63,297 bases of DNA, filler included, from Octopus bimaculoides (GCF_001194135.2; 10 parts of 8 records of this genome joined end to end with filler, not necessarily neighbours in it); one strand, 5' to 3'; shown: positions 50,657 to 63,297, counted from the whole stretch's first letter. Notes: a model not told the origin generated them from the letters alone. Numbers and translations are program-made.

Positions 50657-50860
50657 GGGCAGTGAGCTGGCAGAATCATTTGCACGTCGGGCAAAATGCT
50701 TAACGGCATTTCGTCCGTCCCTACGTTCTGAGTTCAAATTCCGGCGTAGTCGGATATCAGTTCGATATCAATAAAATAAGAACCAGTTAGGTACTGGTTC
50801 AGTGTAACCGACTTACCCCTTCCCTGAACTTGCTGGATTTGTACCAAAACTTGAAATCAA
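50657..50860 (+). mobile_element. SINE family B
   Basis: ggcagtgagctggcagaatc...ctgagttcaaattcc. Confidence 0.85.
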
Positions 50861-50958
50861 TATTACTATTTCCAAAGGTTAGTTAACTAATTCTCAAACA
50901 GCATTTAAGTTTCGCATTTTGCTTGGTATTTAAGCAGAATAAACTTTAATATTAAAAC

Positions 50959-50995
<37 letters not shown>

Positions 50996-51108
50996 CATTG
51001 TCTATTGACTTTACTACGCATGTTAGCAATCGGTATAAAATTTTTTCTAAATTTTCTACCCTTATTATTTTCACAGTATGTATATGTATGTATGTATGTA
51101 TATATATG

Positions 51109-51155
<47 letters not shown>

Positions 51156-51387
51156 GTATGTATGTATATATGTATGCATATGTATGTATATATATATGTA
51201 TGTATATGTATGTGTGTCTGTGTGTGTATGTGTGTGTGTATAGTGTGTGTGTGTGTGTGTATGTATATGTGTGCATGTATGTACGTATGTGCATGTATAT
51301 ATATACATTTCAAAATGTAACTACATGTGGATTGTTGGCGATTTTTTTCCTTCGTCTTCCTTTTCCTTTGGACTTTCTTCTGTCTTC

Positions 51388-51424
51388 TGTTTCTGAAGAA
51401 GAGCTTTGCCCGAAACGTAAAACA
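51388..51424 (+). ncRNA. Minimal hammerhead ribozyme motif within a Penelope-like pseudo-LTR (~51320-51530)
   Basis: UGUUU CUGAAGA A GAGC UUU GCCC GAAA C GUA AAACA. Stem I has 5 bp, stem II has one mismatch, and a palindromic ACGU replaces helix III. Confidence 0.65.
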
Positions 51425-51641
51425 ACCTTTCTTTCCTTCCCTGAGCGTCTTTTAATATTTTGCATGTACCACATCCTCGCGTTGTTGTTTTATTCTTGTG
51501 TTTTTTCTTCGTTGTTTTTGGGATTATATATATATATATATNNNNNNNNNNNNNNNNNNNNNNNNNNNNNNNNNNNNNNNNNNNNTTAATTAATTAANNN
51601 NNNNNNNNNNNNNNNNNNNNNNNNNNNNNNNNNNNNNNNNN

Positions 51642-51709
<68 letters not shown>

Positions 51710-52031
51710 CCCAGTTTTCACGTATACTACTTTCAAAATCACGATCAAGAAATGTCAGCTCAAACAACTTTGGCGCATGTTATCCCCGAGCTGACGGTGG
51801 CCTTGAATTTTACTTTAACACCCGGCTGACTAAACACTAGTCTAAACACATAATTCTCTACGCCACTGAGTTCCTTCTGTACGGCTCATTCTAATCAACG
51901 AATGCGCCCACACGTTTGCATTAATTAAATTATATAATATACTTTTTGATACTTAATTTATCAGCATGTATGTGTGTGTGTGCGTGTGTGTGTGCGCGTG
52001 TCTATGTACACATTGTTTTATTTTTTTATTT

Positions 52032-52373
52032 TTTTACTTGTTTCAGTCATTTGACTGCCGCCATACTGGAGCACCGTCTTTAGTCGAACAAATCGACTCC
52101 AGGCCTTTTTCTTTGTAAGCCTAGTACTTAATCTATCGGTTTATTTTGCCGAGCCGCTAAGTCAAGCGATCGTGGTGGGAAACACAGACACACAAGCACA
52201 CATACACACACACGATATACGATGGGCTTCTTCCAGTTTCCGTTTACCAAATTCAGTCATAAGGCTTTGGTCGGCCCGATGCTATAGTAGAAGACTATTG
52301 CCCAAGGTACCCCGCAGTGGGACTGAACCTGGAACAATGTAGTTGCGAAGCAAGACTCTTACCACACAGCCAC
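52032..52373 (-). mobile_element. SINE family A, near full length
   Basis: Head and body match other copies. Confidence 0.9.
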
Positions 52374-52376
52374 TAT

Positions 52377-52434
<58 letters not shown>

Positions 52435-53754
52435 CGTACATATACTATATGTATGTACATGCGTGTGCGATAAGTATTCATGTGTCCCTATGCACTCTTA
52501 ATTCCCTTTTTCCCATCTCTGTTCTTATTCATAGATAATTTATTATCGTACCAATCATCCCGAAGGACCATTCAGACAGCTCATCGATTACTTTTATTGA
52601 AGCAGATTAACGCAAGATGGTTTTATATGGTTTTACTTTTGCTTCAGATGCGTGAGTGCTAAAATAAATTATCCTGTTATTTCACCATCTTTATGCAGTT
52701 TTCTTGAGTAAAATCGAATTATATGGAGAATAAACTTCCTCACTCTGCCGTTATTCACCACACATTTTTCTAAAAGATTTTCTAACCATTTAGCAATGCT
52801 TCAATGTTTAATCTGGCAAAAATATGGCCAACACGACTTTTCACAGATGAGGTCTTAATAAAACTGAAACATGTCTAGAGTTGTTTTCAACAACCGCTGC
52901 AATAATTGAAATAATATCATTCATTGCCTAATGTTTTTTTGCCTTCGGCATCATTATTTCTAGTTGATATTTTAATTAACAATGATACAACCTTTCTTTG
53001 TTTGGTTTCTTTTCTTCTTTTAAATTATTTATTCCTGAAATAATTTTTCTAAAACACAATAAATATATGTTTGAGCTACATCACTTGGAAAATATCTATG
53101 ACATTTTGTCCTAAAGTATGTTGCGAAATGAAGTTTCTGCATAGTTTCTTATTTTTTCAGAAATATATCTTTGGTCTAAGGGGATTCTTTACATATAATG
53201 ACATATTTTTCATTCGGAAATATTCTAAGTAAAAACAAATTCTTTTACTCTATTTGTTCTATTTCTTGTTATTTGTGAACTTATTCAGTCAGTGGCATTT
53301 TAGTATTATTTTTTCTTATTAGTTTATATTGTCTTCGCATATTCTGACAATTTCATCAACAGTGATTTCATGCTTTTTCATCTTCGGAATATCAAACATC
53401 AATGACAAGTGATGTGCTGAATTTCAATTTTAAATTAAAAGTTTCCTTTGTCTTAATTCTATATTATCAATAAAGGAAGAGATGTACACTAGTGGCGACA
53501 AAGTAGGAGTGCGGACATAGACTTGCACTTGACAATTAACACCAAACCCATTGTTGTTAATAAAGGATAAGAGGAGGTTCCAAGTGCCTTAAAACCCTAG
53601 AAGGCATACTTTCATCTAAGAGAAGGTAACTCCATACAAAACCTGTGTACTGATAACTACTGAACCCGTGGTACTTGTTGCACCAGACCAATACAAGTTT
53701 GAAGAACGAAAGTGTGAGACTGGCTCTGCACAATATATGCCCATTGTAATAATG

Positions 53755-53935
53755 GTTTCAAATTGTGGCACAAGGCCAGCAAGTTCGGGGCAGGGGAAAA
53801 TCGATTAGATCGGCCACCAGTGCATAACTAGTACTTATTTTATCGATTTTAGAAAGGATGAAAGGCAAAGTCGACCTCGGACAGACGAAATGCCGTTAAA
53901 CATTTCGCCCTGTGTTCTAACGTTTCTGCCAGCTC
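53755..53935 (-). mobile_element. SINE family B, internally deleted
   Basis: gaaaggcaaagtcgacctcgg joins directly to acagacgaaatgccg. Confidence 0.8.
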
Positions 53936-54904
53936 TTAATAATAAACTCCTGCTGCCTTGTAGGGTAAATTATTAAGTGTTTGAAAACCGATAAAGGGAA
54001 TAAACTCCCACAGAAAATGCAGACAGAAAGATCGTCAGGCAGATATGCATGGTTATACTTAACCGATATCTGACCTCACTGGCGACTGCACGGATGCTGC
54101 AGACGTAATGCTTCGTTTTTTCTTTTCTTTGTGGGGTATCCATGAGTGGAGAGGTGGTACTTGGAGCTAGACACTCGCTTTTGTAACCAGCCCAGACATA
54201 GCAGAAATGGTTAAGTTAGTGTACCTGTAATACCGTCAACCAGCAATGTAAAGGGTAAACATTGTAGTTAATAAGCGCCAGGTAAATTCTGAGCGAGCAA
54301 CCCCCGTGATCAAAGGAGCGCCACCGTCTTTTTTTATGGAATATATCTGAAACGAAAGGATGTAATATGATTATGTAATATAACTCAAGTATTGATATTT
54401 AGGGAACACTATTGATGCCATGGCGTGATTTTGTTTAAGGTGGACCGCCACTTGCCAGGCAGAAGCCCACTCACTTGGCTCAGAGGATGTCATCAGTGGC
54501 ACCGTGGAGGAGACATACTGACTTTGACCTGTGAGTTGCAGCGAGCTGCCGTAGTAAATTACTATTGTACTAGTAATTACTACTGGTGTAGTAATTTACT
54601 ATCGCAGCGAGTTGAACTTACCATGCCTCCAAAACGAAAGGACTACGTGCGCATGCAAGAAATAACAATAAACTATGAATGTTATTCTTAATTTTAATTT
54701 CAATTTTATTTTATTAATAGCCCTCTTCTCTTCTCACATATTTTATACTCATTTTTGATAAGGTCTTTTAAAAAAACCGAAACCTGCAATGTAAATTAAT
54801 TAAAACACTCAATTTTTAAAAAGTGGCACTTTCATTTTTGTTTATTTTAAAAATCTACTTACTCGTNNNNNNNNNNNNNNNNNNNNNNNNNNNNNNNNNN
54901 NNNN

Positions 54905-54929
<25 letters not shown>

Positions 54930-54939
<10 letters not shown>

Positions 54940-55025
54940 AAAAATAAGTTCTGGGGTCGATTTCTTCGACTAAAGGCGGTGCTGCAGCATGGCCGCAGTC
55001 AAATGACAGAAACAAATCAAAGAAT
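54930..55025 (+). mobile_element. SINE family A 3' end
   Basis: aataagttctggggtcgatttcttcgactaaaggcggtgctgcagcatggccgcagtcaaatgac. Confidence 0.85.
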
Positions 55026-55121
55026 ATATTTAGTTGAAATTTACAGTAAAACAAAAGATAAAGACAAGTATATGAACAACAAACAGGTGTATTAGTTTGA
55101 CGCTCGAGAAAGTGAGAAAGT

Positions 55122-55157
55122 CTTTTACGTTTCGGGCCTCCGCTCTTCACCAGAAAG
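55122..55157 (-). ncRNA. Minimal hammerhead motif with mutated core (CUGGUGA) in a Penelope-like pseudo-LTR (~55025-55210)
   Basis: Minus strand: CUUU CUGGUGA A GAGC GGAG GCCC GAAA C GUA AAAG. Confidence 0.55.
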
Positions 55158-56294
55158 GAATAAGAGAAAATAAATAGAGAGTAAAAAAACTTGTGGATTT
55201 AACGGTCAAGCTATATTACTAAAAACAACTTCCTGTATACAGAATAACCTTTAGCACGTGTGTTTTGAATACGAAAGCGCTTACACGGAATATGAAAACT
55301 TCATTCCCAAAGATTTGTGTCGTTCTGTTCTTCTACTGTTTTTTTTTAAGAAGATCTTTCTCCAAATATTGTGATTGTATCAAGTGCGTTTTGCAAATGC
55401 TTTAAATATACATGTATGTATGTGCGTGTGTGGTCGTATGAGTGTAAGTCCATGTGGGTGCATACTTGCATTTGTGTGTGTGTATGATATATGTATATAT
55501 ATATATCTATCTATGCAAATTATATTGCCGCTTAACTGACAGACTAATCAAAGAGTTAAATTGCAAATGTTAAATGGTATATAGGCGTATGAATTATGAA
55601 TTTTAATAAGAACACAATAGATGCAAGATCTGTATCTATTGACGATAGTTGATATCATTGTCCTTCACTATCTGCAATCAGCATTGAAATCTGTTGTCGA
55701 GATTTCCAAACAATAGAATGTATTTTTATACTCTGTCTTTGAGTATGATATCGAGTCATTGAGTGCATGTAACGGTTTTACTTTTTTCTGTGATTGCTTT
55801 TGTTCAGTTTCAGTTCCACAAACTTTTACCAAAATTGCCATTCTCACGAGGAGTTTCTTGATGGAATGTTTTGTACAACTTTTGATAATGCAGATTACAT
55901 AGACCACTCTTCTTCTGACGCAAATTGCATCAAACAAACTGACTTGACACAACCAAGATTGATATAAAAAACACCCATCATGATTAAGAATGATTGCTAT
56001 CCTGTTTGTTCTTTCATAACATAGTTGTTATCGAGATTCAAATTGTAGAAGCCATAATCTTAGCATTTTTCTCTAACCGATACTATAAATATTCGCGCAA
56101 CACATCTGTTATTGATATATGGCTGTGTGTATATACCTATCTTCCTACTTAATTATCTATCGTAATATGTCGACTTTCCTACCTGTCTATTTTCTCTCTA
56201 ATTTTGACTTTATATCTATCTTCTCTCTTTCTCTCTCTCTTTCCTTCTTTCTCCCTCTCTCTCCCTTTCTTTGTCTTTCTTTCTCTCTCTCTCT

Positions 56295-56337
<43 letters not shown>

Positions 56338-57576
56338 NNNNNNNNNNNNNNNNNNNNNNNNNNNNNNNNNNNNNNNNNNNNNNNNNNNNNNNNNNNNNNN
56401 NNNNNNNNNNNNNNNNNNNNNNNNNNNNNNNNNNNNNNNNNNNNNNNNNNNNNNNNNNNNNNNNNNNNNNNNNNNNNNNNNNNNNNNNNNNNNNNNNNNN
56501 NNNNNNNNNNNNNNNNNNNNNNNNNNNNNNNNNNNNNNNNNNNNNNNNNNNNNNNNNNNNNNNNNNNNNNNNNNNNNNNNNNNNNNNNNNNNNNNNNNNN
56601 NNNNNNNNNNNNNNNNNNNNNNNNNNNNNNNNNNNNNNNNNNNNNNNNNNNNNNNNNNNNNNNNNNNNNNNNNNNNNNNNNNNNNNNNNNNNNNNNNNNN
56701 NNNNNNNNNNNNNNNNNNNNNNNNNNNNNNNNNNNNNNNNNNNNNNNNNNNNNNNNNNNNNNNNNNNNNNNNNNNNNNNNNNNNNNNNNNNNNNNNNNNN
56801 NNNNNNNNNNNNNATATATATATATATATATGTTATGCTTAAAATTAAAGTTTATATAGGAGACTTTAAAATGATGTGGTATGCAAACCTTGTTTTGGGT
56901 ATGTCCCTAGTAGTGCGCCTTGAGAGTATGCTCACCACATTCGGGTACCAGGTGTCATCTGCGGTCTGTACATTAAAATGTGTGTGTTTGTGTTTTATAC
57001 TTTAACACGGGATTCGCAAATACCTTCTTTCTTGTTAGATCCCAGATGATCAAACACTTGACCTTCAATAGACCCAGCATAACAAGGGCCTTTTCATCTG
57101 AATGCCCAGAGCTGATTGCAGACTTGTCAGTTTATACAATCTCTGTTATCCAATGCCATGGCTCCTGGTAGTACTGGGATGACCAAAGTCTTGAATTTCA
57201 CTATAACGCCAAGCTGACCAAATACTTGTTTTCCAATTTAGAGCTGGGATGAGCAAATCCATGTCTTCCCTATAGCCAGAGTTTGGCCAAAACCTTGCCT
57301 TCTATTTTGGCATCCAGCTGACCAATAACTTGCACTCTGTTAGCTCAAGGCTAATCAAAGCCTATTTGTCTGCTTTCGCTTGGTCGTATGTGTTGAGTTG
57401 CGTTCATTTGTAACTATGTTAGTGTTTGAGGTGTGTGCTTCTTAACTGAACATTGTTGGATACACACTCATAGCAATATATCGTCATTCCCTCTTGGCTT
57501 TCACACTATCTAAAAAAAAAATCTAATTTAGAAATAAATTGAAATATCTTTAAATACACTTATTTATTTCTTTATT

Positions 57577-58204
57577 GACCTCAGGGTGCTAAACATAGAA
57601 TGGACAAACAAGGACAGACAATGGGATTAAGTCGATTACATCGACTCTGAAAGGATGAAAAGCAAAGTCGACCTCGGCGGAATTTGAACTCAGAACGTAA
57701 CGGCAGACGAAATACCGCTAGGCATTTCGCCCGGCGTGCTAACGTTTCTGCCAGCTCATACATCCTTCTTTCACGTTCCTTCCTAAATGATACCTTATTA
57801 TTGGATCCCTTCCTTTAACAACCAAACACTGCATGCACTTTTCTCATTTATAACACGCGTGTATGACCATGTGCACAACGTAAACACGGAAGACATATAA
57901 TAAATATATAAGGCAACTGCTTTTTATTCAAAGTATTGCTCTTGTTAATAAGTATTTTTCTGAAAATGTGCCGACATTTCACTTCCTTTAATATTGGTTT
58001 CAAATTTTGGTACAAAGCCAGTAATTTTAGAGGAAAACGTAAGTCGATTACATCGACTCCGGTACTCAACTGGTGCTTATTTTATCGACCCCAGGATGAA
58101 AGGTAAAGTCGACCTCGACGGGATTTTGAACTCGGAACGTAAAGACGGACGATATTACGCTTCGCATTTTGCCCGGCGCGCTAACGACTCTGCTAGCTCG
58201 CCGT
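57577..58204 (-). mobile_element. Two SINE family B copies (57577-57760 and 57993-58204)
   Basis: aaagtcgacctcggcggaatttgaactcagaacg and gctaacgtttctgccagctc. Confidence 0.9.
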
Positions 58205-58789
58205 CTTTACTTTTTTTATTATTAAGAAGGTAGAAGTTACGTTTTGTGCGCTTCCGAAAAATGTTACTTTGGATATTAGGTATTAGGTTTTACGTGATAA
58301 AACACATATTTAGAATAAGTAACGAAGAAACGTTTCTATAAAATTACATATTTAAACTTGATTACATTTCACAAACTATTAGTTTTATATAAAATATTAA
58401 TTTAAAATTAATTACATTTTTAACATTTTGTATGAGCAAACTTGTTTACAACACTAGAAATATATATATATATCAATATCCATTAAATCGATATTGCTAA
58501 ATATGCTTTGATCCAAATCATTATTTGTTTAGTTATTTTTGCCGTTTAAGGTGCCTAAAATGGCTAATCACCATCTCAATTTAGAACAATAGAAACAAAT
58601 AAACCCATAAAGATTTTTTTCTTCTTAATATCTGGAATACATGCTTCGACGTTTTCGTTATCTTTCAACAAAATGAGGTTTTACAATACGTTAATTTGTG
58701 CTAGCTGTTAATTTTCAAAATCTCTCTGAATTCTAGAATCATTCAACTCAGTTCCCCCACCCCCGACCGTCTTGAAAATATGCAGCAGC

Positions 58790-59080
58790 AACATTGGATG
58801 CCACTCAATAACTCTCCGTTACCTTTTATCAGCAAGATAACGCAAAAGAACTACTTGAAACTCTAAGAAACAAATGTAGCACAATATACACTTACATTCT
58901 CAATGAGAATAGTAAGATATCTTATCAAATCAGCTGGAAACTTCAGGTATTGTAACAAAGATTTTCGTGAACACAGTATGCTGAGACAGTTTGTACTTTT
59001 ACATCTCCAAATTGCTGCACTTTAAACAGAGAATCAAAGATGTAAGATAAACCTGCACAAGTGGATGTATGAGTGGAAAT
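58790..59080 (+). mobile_element. Possible degraded Penelope-like GIY-YIG C-terminal remnant
   Basis: STIYTYILNENSKISYQISWKL weakly resembles ST.LS.YIW.LK....Y.I.WKI. Confidence 0.3.
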
Positions 59081-59297
59081 AGACGAGATAAACTCCTCTA
59101 AAAACAATCCCCAAAGTTACATAGTGATATATCAAATCTTAAAAGGTGATTGTCTTATTAAACTTAATCATTTAACAGCCAGGGTTAGTTTCTATGAAAA
59201 TATTTCATGATTTACTTCTATTATTTCACAAAGTTTTATTAAAAATGAGAACAAATCTTAAGACTTACAACAAATGTCTTTTCTTGAATTTCAAATT

Positions 59298-59531
59298 CCG
59301 TAATCCCTCAACTCTCGCGGGTGTTACGTTCAAAAAACCCTTGCAATAGGTCAAAATCCGTTAAGTAGAAACAGTGCAGTATTGTAAATTTTTTAATTAT
59401 TTTTATAATATGTATATATTTATTTTACTATAAATACAAAACAACAGCAAGGAGGAATCGACATAAGCTTAAATCATAAACCGCGATAGGTGAACCGAGA
59501 TTGGTAAACCGCGATATTCGAGGGATTACTG
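59298..59531. mobile_element. pogo/Tigger-like MITE
   Basis: Left ccgtaatccctcaactctcgcgg; right reverse complement cagtaatccctcgaatatcgcgg. Confidence 0.7.
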
Positions 59532-59617
59532 TGTGTATATTTAAAGTACTCATACACAAGTATGAAATAAGACAATTATTATATAACACTTTACTATCTT
59601 TATCTTCGATCTTTATT

Positions 59618-60018
59618 TCTTACATGTTTCAGTCTTTGGACTACGGCCATGCTGGGGCATGCCTTGAAAATTTTTTAGTTGAATGAACTAACTCCAATAT
59701 ATTTTATTTTCTACACCTGGCACTTATTTTGTCGCCGCTTTTTGCCGATCCGTTAGGTTAGGAAGATTTAACACACCAACACCGGCCGTCAAGCGGTGGT
59801 GGGAGAGAAATACACACACACGTACGTACACATGTGCATATATATTATATTCTATGATGCAGGAGTGGCTGAGTGGTAAGTTGCTTGCTTACCAGTCACA
59901 TAGTTCCGGGTTCAGTCCCACTGCGTGGCTCCTTGGGCAAGCGTCTTCTGCTATAACCTCGGCTCGACCAATGATTTGTGAGTGGATTTGGTAGACAGAA
60001 ACTGAAAGAAACCCCTCG

Positions 60019-60060
<42 letters not shown>

Positions 60061-60245
60061 CGTGTTTGTCCCTCCACCATCGCTTGACGAGCGATGCTGG
60101 TATGTTTACGTCTCCGTAAAATAGCGGTTCGGCAAAAAAGACCGATATAATAAGTACAAGACTTACAAAGAATGAGTCCTGGGGTCGATTTGTTCGACTA
60201 AAGGCGGTACTCCAGCGTGGCCGCAGACCAATGAGACTGAAATAA
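59618..60245. mobile_element. Two inverted SINE family A copies (body 59618-59820 on minus; near full length 59859-60245 on plus)
   Basis: Matches to other family A copies in both orientations. Confidence 0.88.
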
Positions 60246-60256
60246 ATATTAGAAAA

Positions 60257-60311
<55 letters not shown>

Positions 60312-60654
60312 TATATAATCGATTCTCTCGTACAATCAGTTCGAAGAAATCATATTTTCATGAAGCCCTTTCATTGGCATTTTCGGTATTACAATGTTTT
60401 CAATTTTTTTCGATATTCATTATACTGTAAGTGTAATTTATACGTCCTCAGTTCAACCCACCAGTTATTATACTCGCTCATGCATAATACAAACACAGGA
60501 ATTTAATGCTGTCAGGATTCAACCAAAATCCAACGTCGGCTTCAAATAATCCGTGTATTGTTCTGAACATCGGTCAGAATACTTTCTGGCACTTTGCCAA
60601 TTCAGTTATATTCTGCATAATTTTTCTGTCAAAGAATATAAAATTAATTACTCG

Positions 60655-60875
60655 TGCTGTGACGAACTGGCAGAATCGTTAGCGCAACGGACAAAATGCT
60701 TTGCCGCATTTCTTCCTATTATTTATGTTCTCAATTCAAATGCCAGCGAAATTCTTTACCTTTTTTTTTACTTCCGTCGTCAATAAAATAAATACCAGTT
60801 GAGTACTGGAGCCGTTGTAATAAACTAGCTTCTCAACGGCAAAATTTTAGGCTCTTCACCTTTAGTAGAAATGTT
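60655..60875 (+). mobile_element. SINE family B, diverged
   Basis: gtgacgaactggcagaatcgttagc...aataaataccagttgagtactgg. Confidence 0.75.
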
Positions 60876-60975
60876 TATTCTTGCACTACCGTCCAAATAT
60901 CGGAAACGTGAATCTCTAAGTAGTAATCAATGAAGTTCTCAGCTTCTAAACGCACTTTATCCTTTCTGTTTGCGC

Positions 60976-61012
<37 letters not shown>

Positions 61013-61427
61013 GCTCGTGTATGAGTGTATATATTTTTCATGCGTCTCTTCTCTAATGTGGCTATGGATACTTGTTTTTATGCATACATATTGCATCTTC
61101 CTATTTGAACATATAAGTATATATATGAAATACAGCACGCTTTTGCACATACTCTATAATATTTCAGCAGATTCTCTAAATTCTCTTTAGGCAAAACCAT
61201 ATCACCATAGAACGCCTGTCTTACCCCCAGTATTCCTAATAAACCTTCGGCGAATATACCTAATTCAGTTCTATCTTTCCGTTTAAGTGAGCTTGAAAAT
61301 TCTCTCACAATACTTATCTTAACCCCATCTGGACAAATTAAAGTGATAATTAGATTAAACTCGCTTGAATAATTTTTTTTAAGTGACATAACTATTGGAC
61401 ATTAAAACATTCTGGCATGCATGCCAT

Positions 61428-62105
61428 GTATGTGTTGTCGAAATGCTTAGTGGTATTTCGTCGGTCTTTACGTTGTGAGTTCAAATTCCGCCGAGATCGA
61501 CTTTGCCTTTCATCCTTTCGGGGTCGATAAAATAAGTACCAGTTGTGTACTGGGGTCGATCTAATCAGCTGTCCCCTCCCCCCAAATTTCGGGCTTTGTA
61601 CCTAGAGTAGAAAAGAATGGATGTGTTGGCTGAGGCGGCGAGCTGGCAGAAACGTTAGCACGCCGGGCAAAATACTAAGCGGTATTTCGTCTGTCTCTAT
61701 GTTCTGAGTTCAAATTCCGCCGAGGTCGACTTTGCCTTTTATCCTTTCGGGGTCGAGAAATTAAGTATCAGTTGTGTACTTAATAGAAAAGAATGTATGT
61801 GGTGGCGTGTGTGTGTGTGTGTGTGTGTGTACTCTTCCATGGATAGACACGCACACATATATGTACAAACACACAAATATACATATGTGTGTGTGTGTGT
61901 CTTTGTGTCTGTGTTTGACCTCCGCCACTGCTTGTCAACCGGTGTTGGTGTGTTTATGTCCCTGGAATTTAGTGGTTCGGAAAAACATACCGATAGAAAA
62001 AGTATCATGATTAAAAAAAAAAAAATAATAAGTACTGAGGTCTATTCGTTCGTCTCAAATTCTCGAAAGTGGTACCCCAGCATGGCCACCGTCTAATGAA
62101 TAGAA
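61428..62105 (+). mobile_element. Two tandem SINE B copies (61428-61615 and 61634-61790) followed by a SINE A 3' body (61800-62105)
   Basis: gagttcaaattccgccgag(a/g)tcgactttgcc occurs twice, then ccactgcttgtcaaccggtgttggtg...ccagcatggcc. Confidence 0.88.
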
Positions 62106-62859
62106 CAAAATATAAAAGATGTATGTGTGTATAATATATATATAAACACATGCACAATGCTAAAATGTAAGTAGTTATAGCAAACGCATTTTGATCCAAG
62201 GGAAACAACTCGCACAATATCCTTCTATCTTTATCGCAAACAATGCATTCAAACAACCTGATACAAAATAAACGTAAAGAAAAAATAATAACAGTAATAA
62301 ACAACACCTAAAAACACACAAATCAACTGATGATAAAAAAAAAATCAATTTGTATATTCATTTCAGGGAAGACAACTAAAGCATGCTTTAACAAACGAGA
62401 CGGTTTATAAATAATGCCATCTACTGAAGGATATTACAGTAAATAGGTATAAGAGGAAATGGTTTTTCTCACCTTTATTCCAGCAGAAATTGCTTTTGAC
62501 ATTGATGCACACACCTGTTCTCTCTCACCTTCGTTTGTTTTACAGCAATATATACCCAATGTTTTTTTCCGCCGTTTCAATTCTATTTGATTTCAGCAAC
62601 ATTTATTCCCATTTATATATTTCCGTGTTAGATTTTTACTGCTGTCATTTTATGCACATGAAAATAAACATTTTGTTTTTCTCCTGTTCGCCATCACCAT
62701 GGAAACAGATTTCAATTTCCAATGTGAAATATACTATTTAGTGTCATTTATATAAGCTGGCTTTATTGATTTCTAATATTAGTACAACACCTCAAATATA
62801 CAACTGTTGCTTTAACTGCGATTTGAAACCGGAAAACAGGGATCGATTGTGATTTAGCC

Positions 62860-63297
62860 ATTTCACTGAGGCCATGCTGGGGCACCGTCCTGAAGAACTT
62901 TTAGTTGAATGGTTCGACTCGAGAACTTACCTCTTTATTTATTTATTTTTGAAACTAAGTACTCATTCTATCGATCTCCTTTTGCCAAACCGCTTGGTTG
63001 CGGGGATGCAAACAAACCAACACCGGTTGTCAAGCGGTGGTGGAGGACAAACACAGTCAAAAATACACACATACACATATGTGTATATATGTGTGTGTAT
63101 ATGTATGTATATATTTATATATATGTGTATGTATATATTTATATATATGTGTATATATATATTTATATATATGTGTATGTATATATTTATATATATATGT
63201 GTATGTATATATTTATATATATATGTGTATGTATATATTTATATATATATACGTGTATGTATATATTTATATATGTATATGTATATATATATATATA
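62860..63297 (-). mobile_element. SINE family A 3' body running into an expanded TA/TG minisatellite
   Basis: gccatgctggggcacc...ggaggacaaacac, then repeated atatttatatatatgtgtatgtat units to the end of the window. Confidence 0.85.

Noticed and set aside
52640-53740. Degraded coding-like AT-rich stretch
   Set aside because: It has many stops and no motif I can assign; it may be an old LINE, but I cannot support that.
55800-55970. Short open frame NFYQNCHSHEEFLDGMFCTTFDNADY
   Set aside because: No recognisable homology and no supporting partner exon.
61078-61389. ORF containing QAFYG..LPK, weakly like a PLE RT motif
   Set aside because: The similarity covers only a few residues and the spacing is wrong.

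Overview
Repeat-dominated, AT-rich, gap-ridden animal genomic DNA. The SINE families, very high microsatellite load and N44-TTAATTAATTAA-N44 scaffold linkers resemble an octopus (coleoid cephalopod) draft assembly; this is inference, not a database match. I found no host protein-coding gene that I can support. Nearly all track ORFs are microsatellite or N-gap artefacts, and the recognisable peptides come from decayed transposons: mariner, maT/Tc1-like, hAT, RTE, CR1, three R4/Dong-like RLE LINE remnants and Penelope-like fragments. Two tRNA-derived SINE families, several MITE/foldback elements and a Helitron-type 3' end are present. The most interesting signals are: (1) a ~410-bp foldback at 46.1-46.5 kb whose arms each carry a type I hammerhead ribozyme fold, so one lies on each strand; (2) two dispersed minimal hammerhead motifs with a compensatory stem I change; (3) three unrelated hairpins carrying telomere-like TTAGGG in or next to the loop; (4) a ~10-copy motif/spacer array at 11.6-12.0 kb; (5) a LINE remnant with permuted domain order; (6) a frame-preserving Pro-rich decapeptide repeat that could be an exon. 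Everything was read by eye, and repeat boundaries are approximate (about 10-20 bp) unless arms are spelled out.
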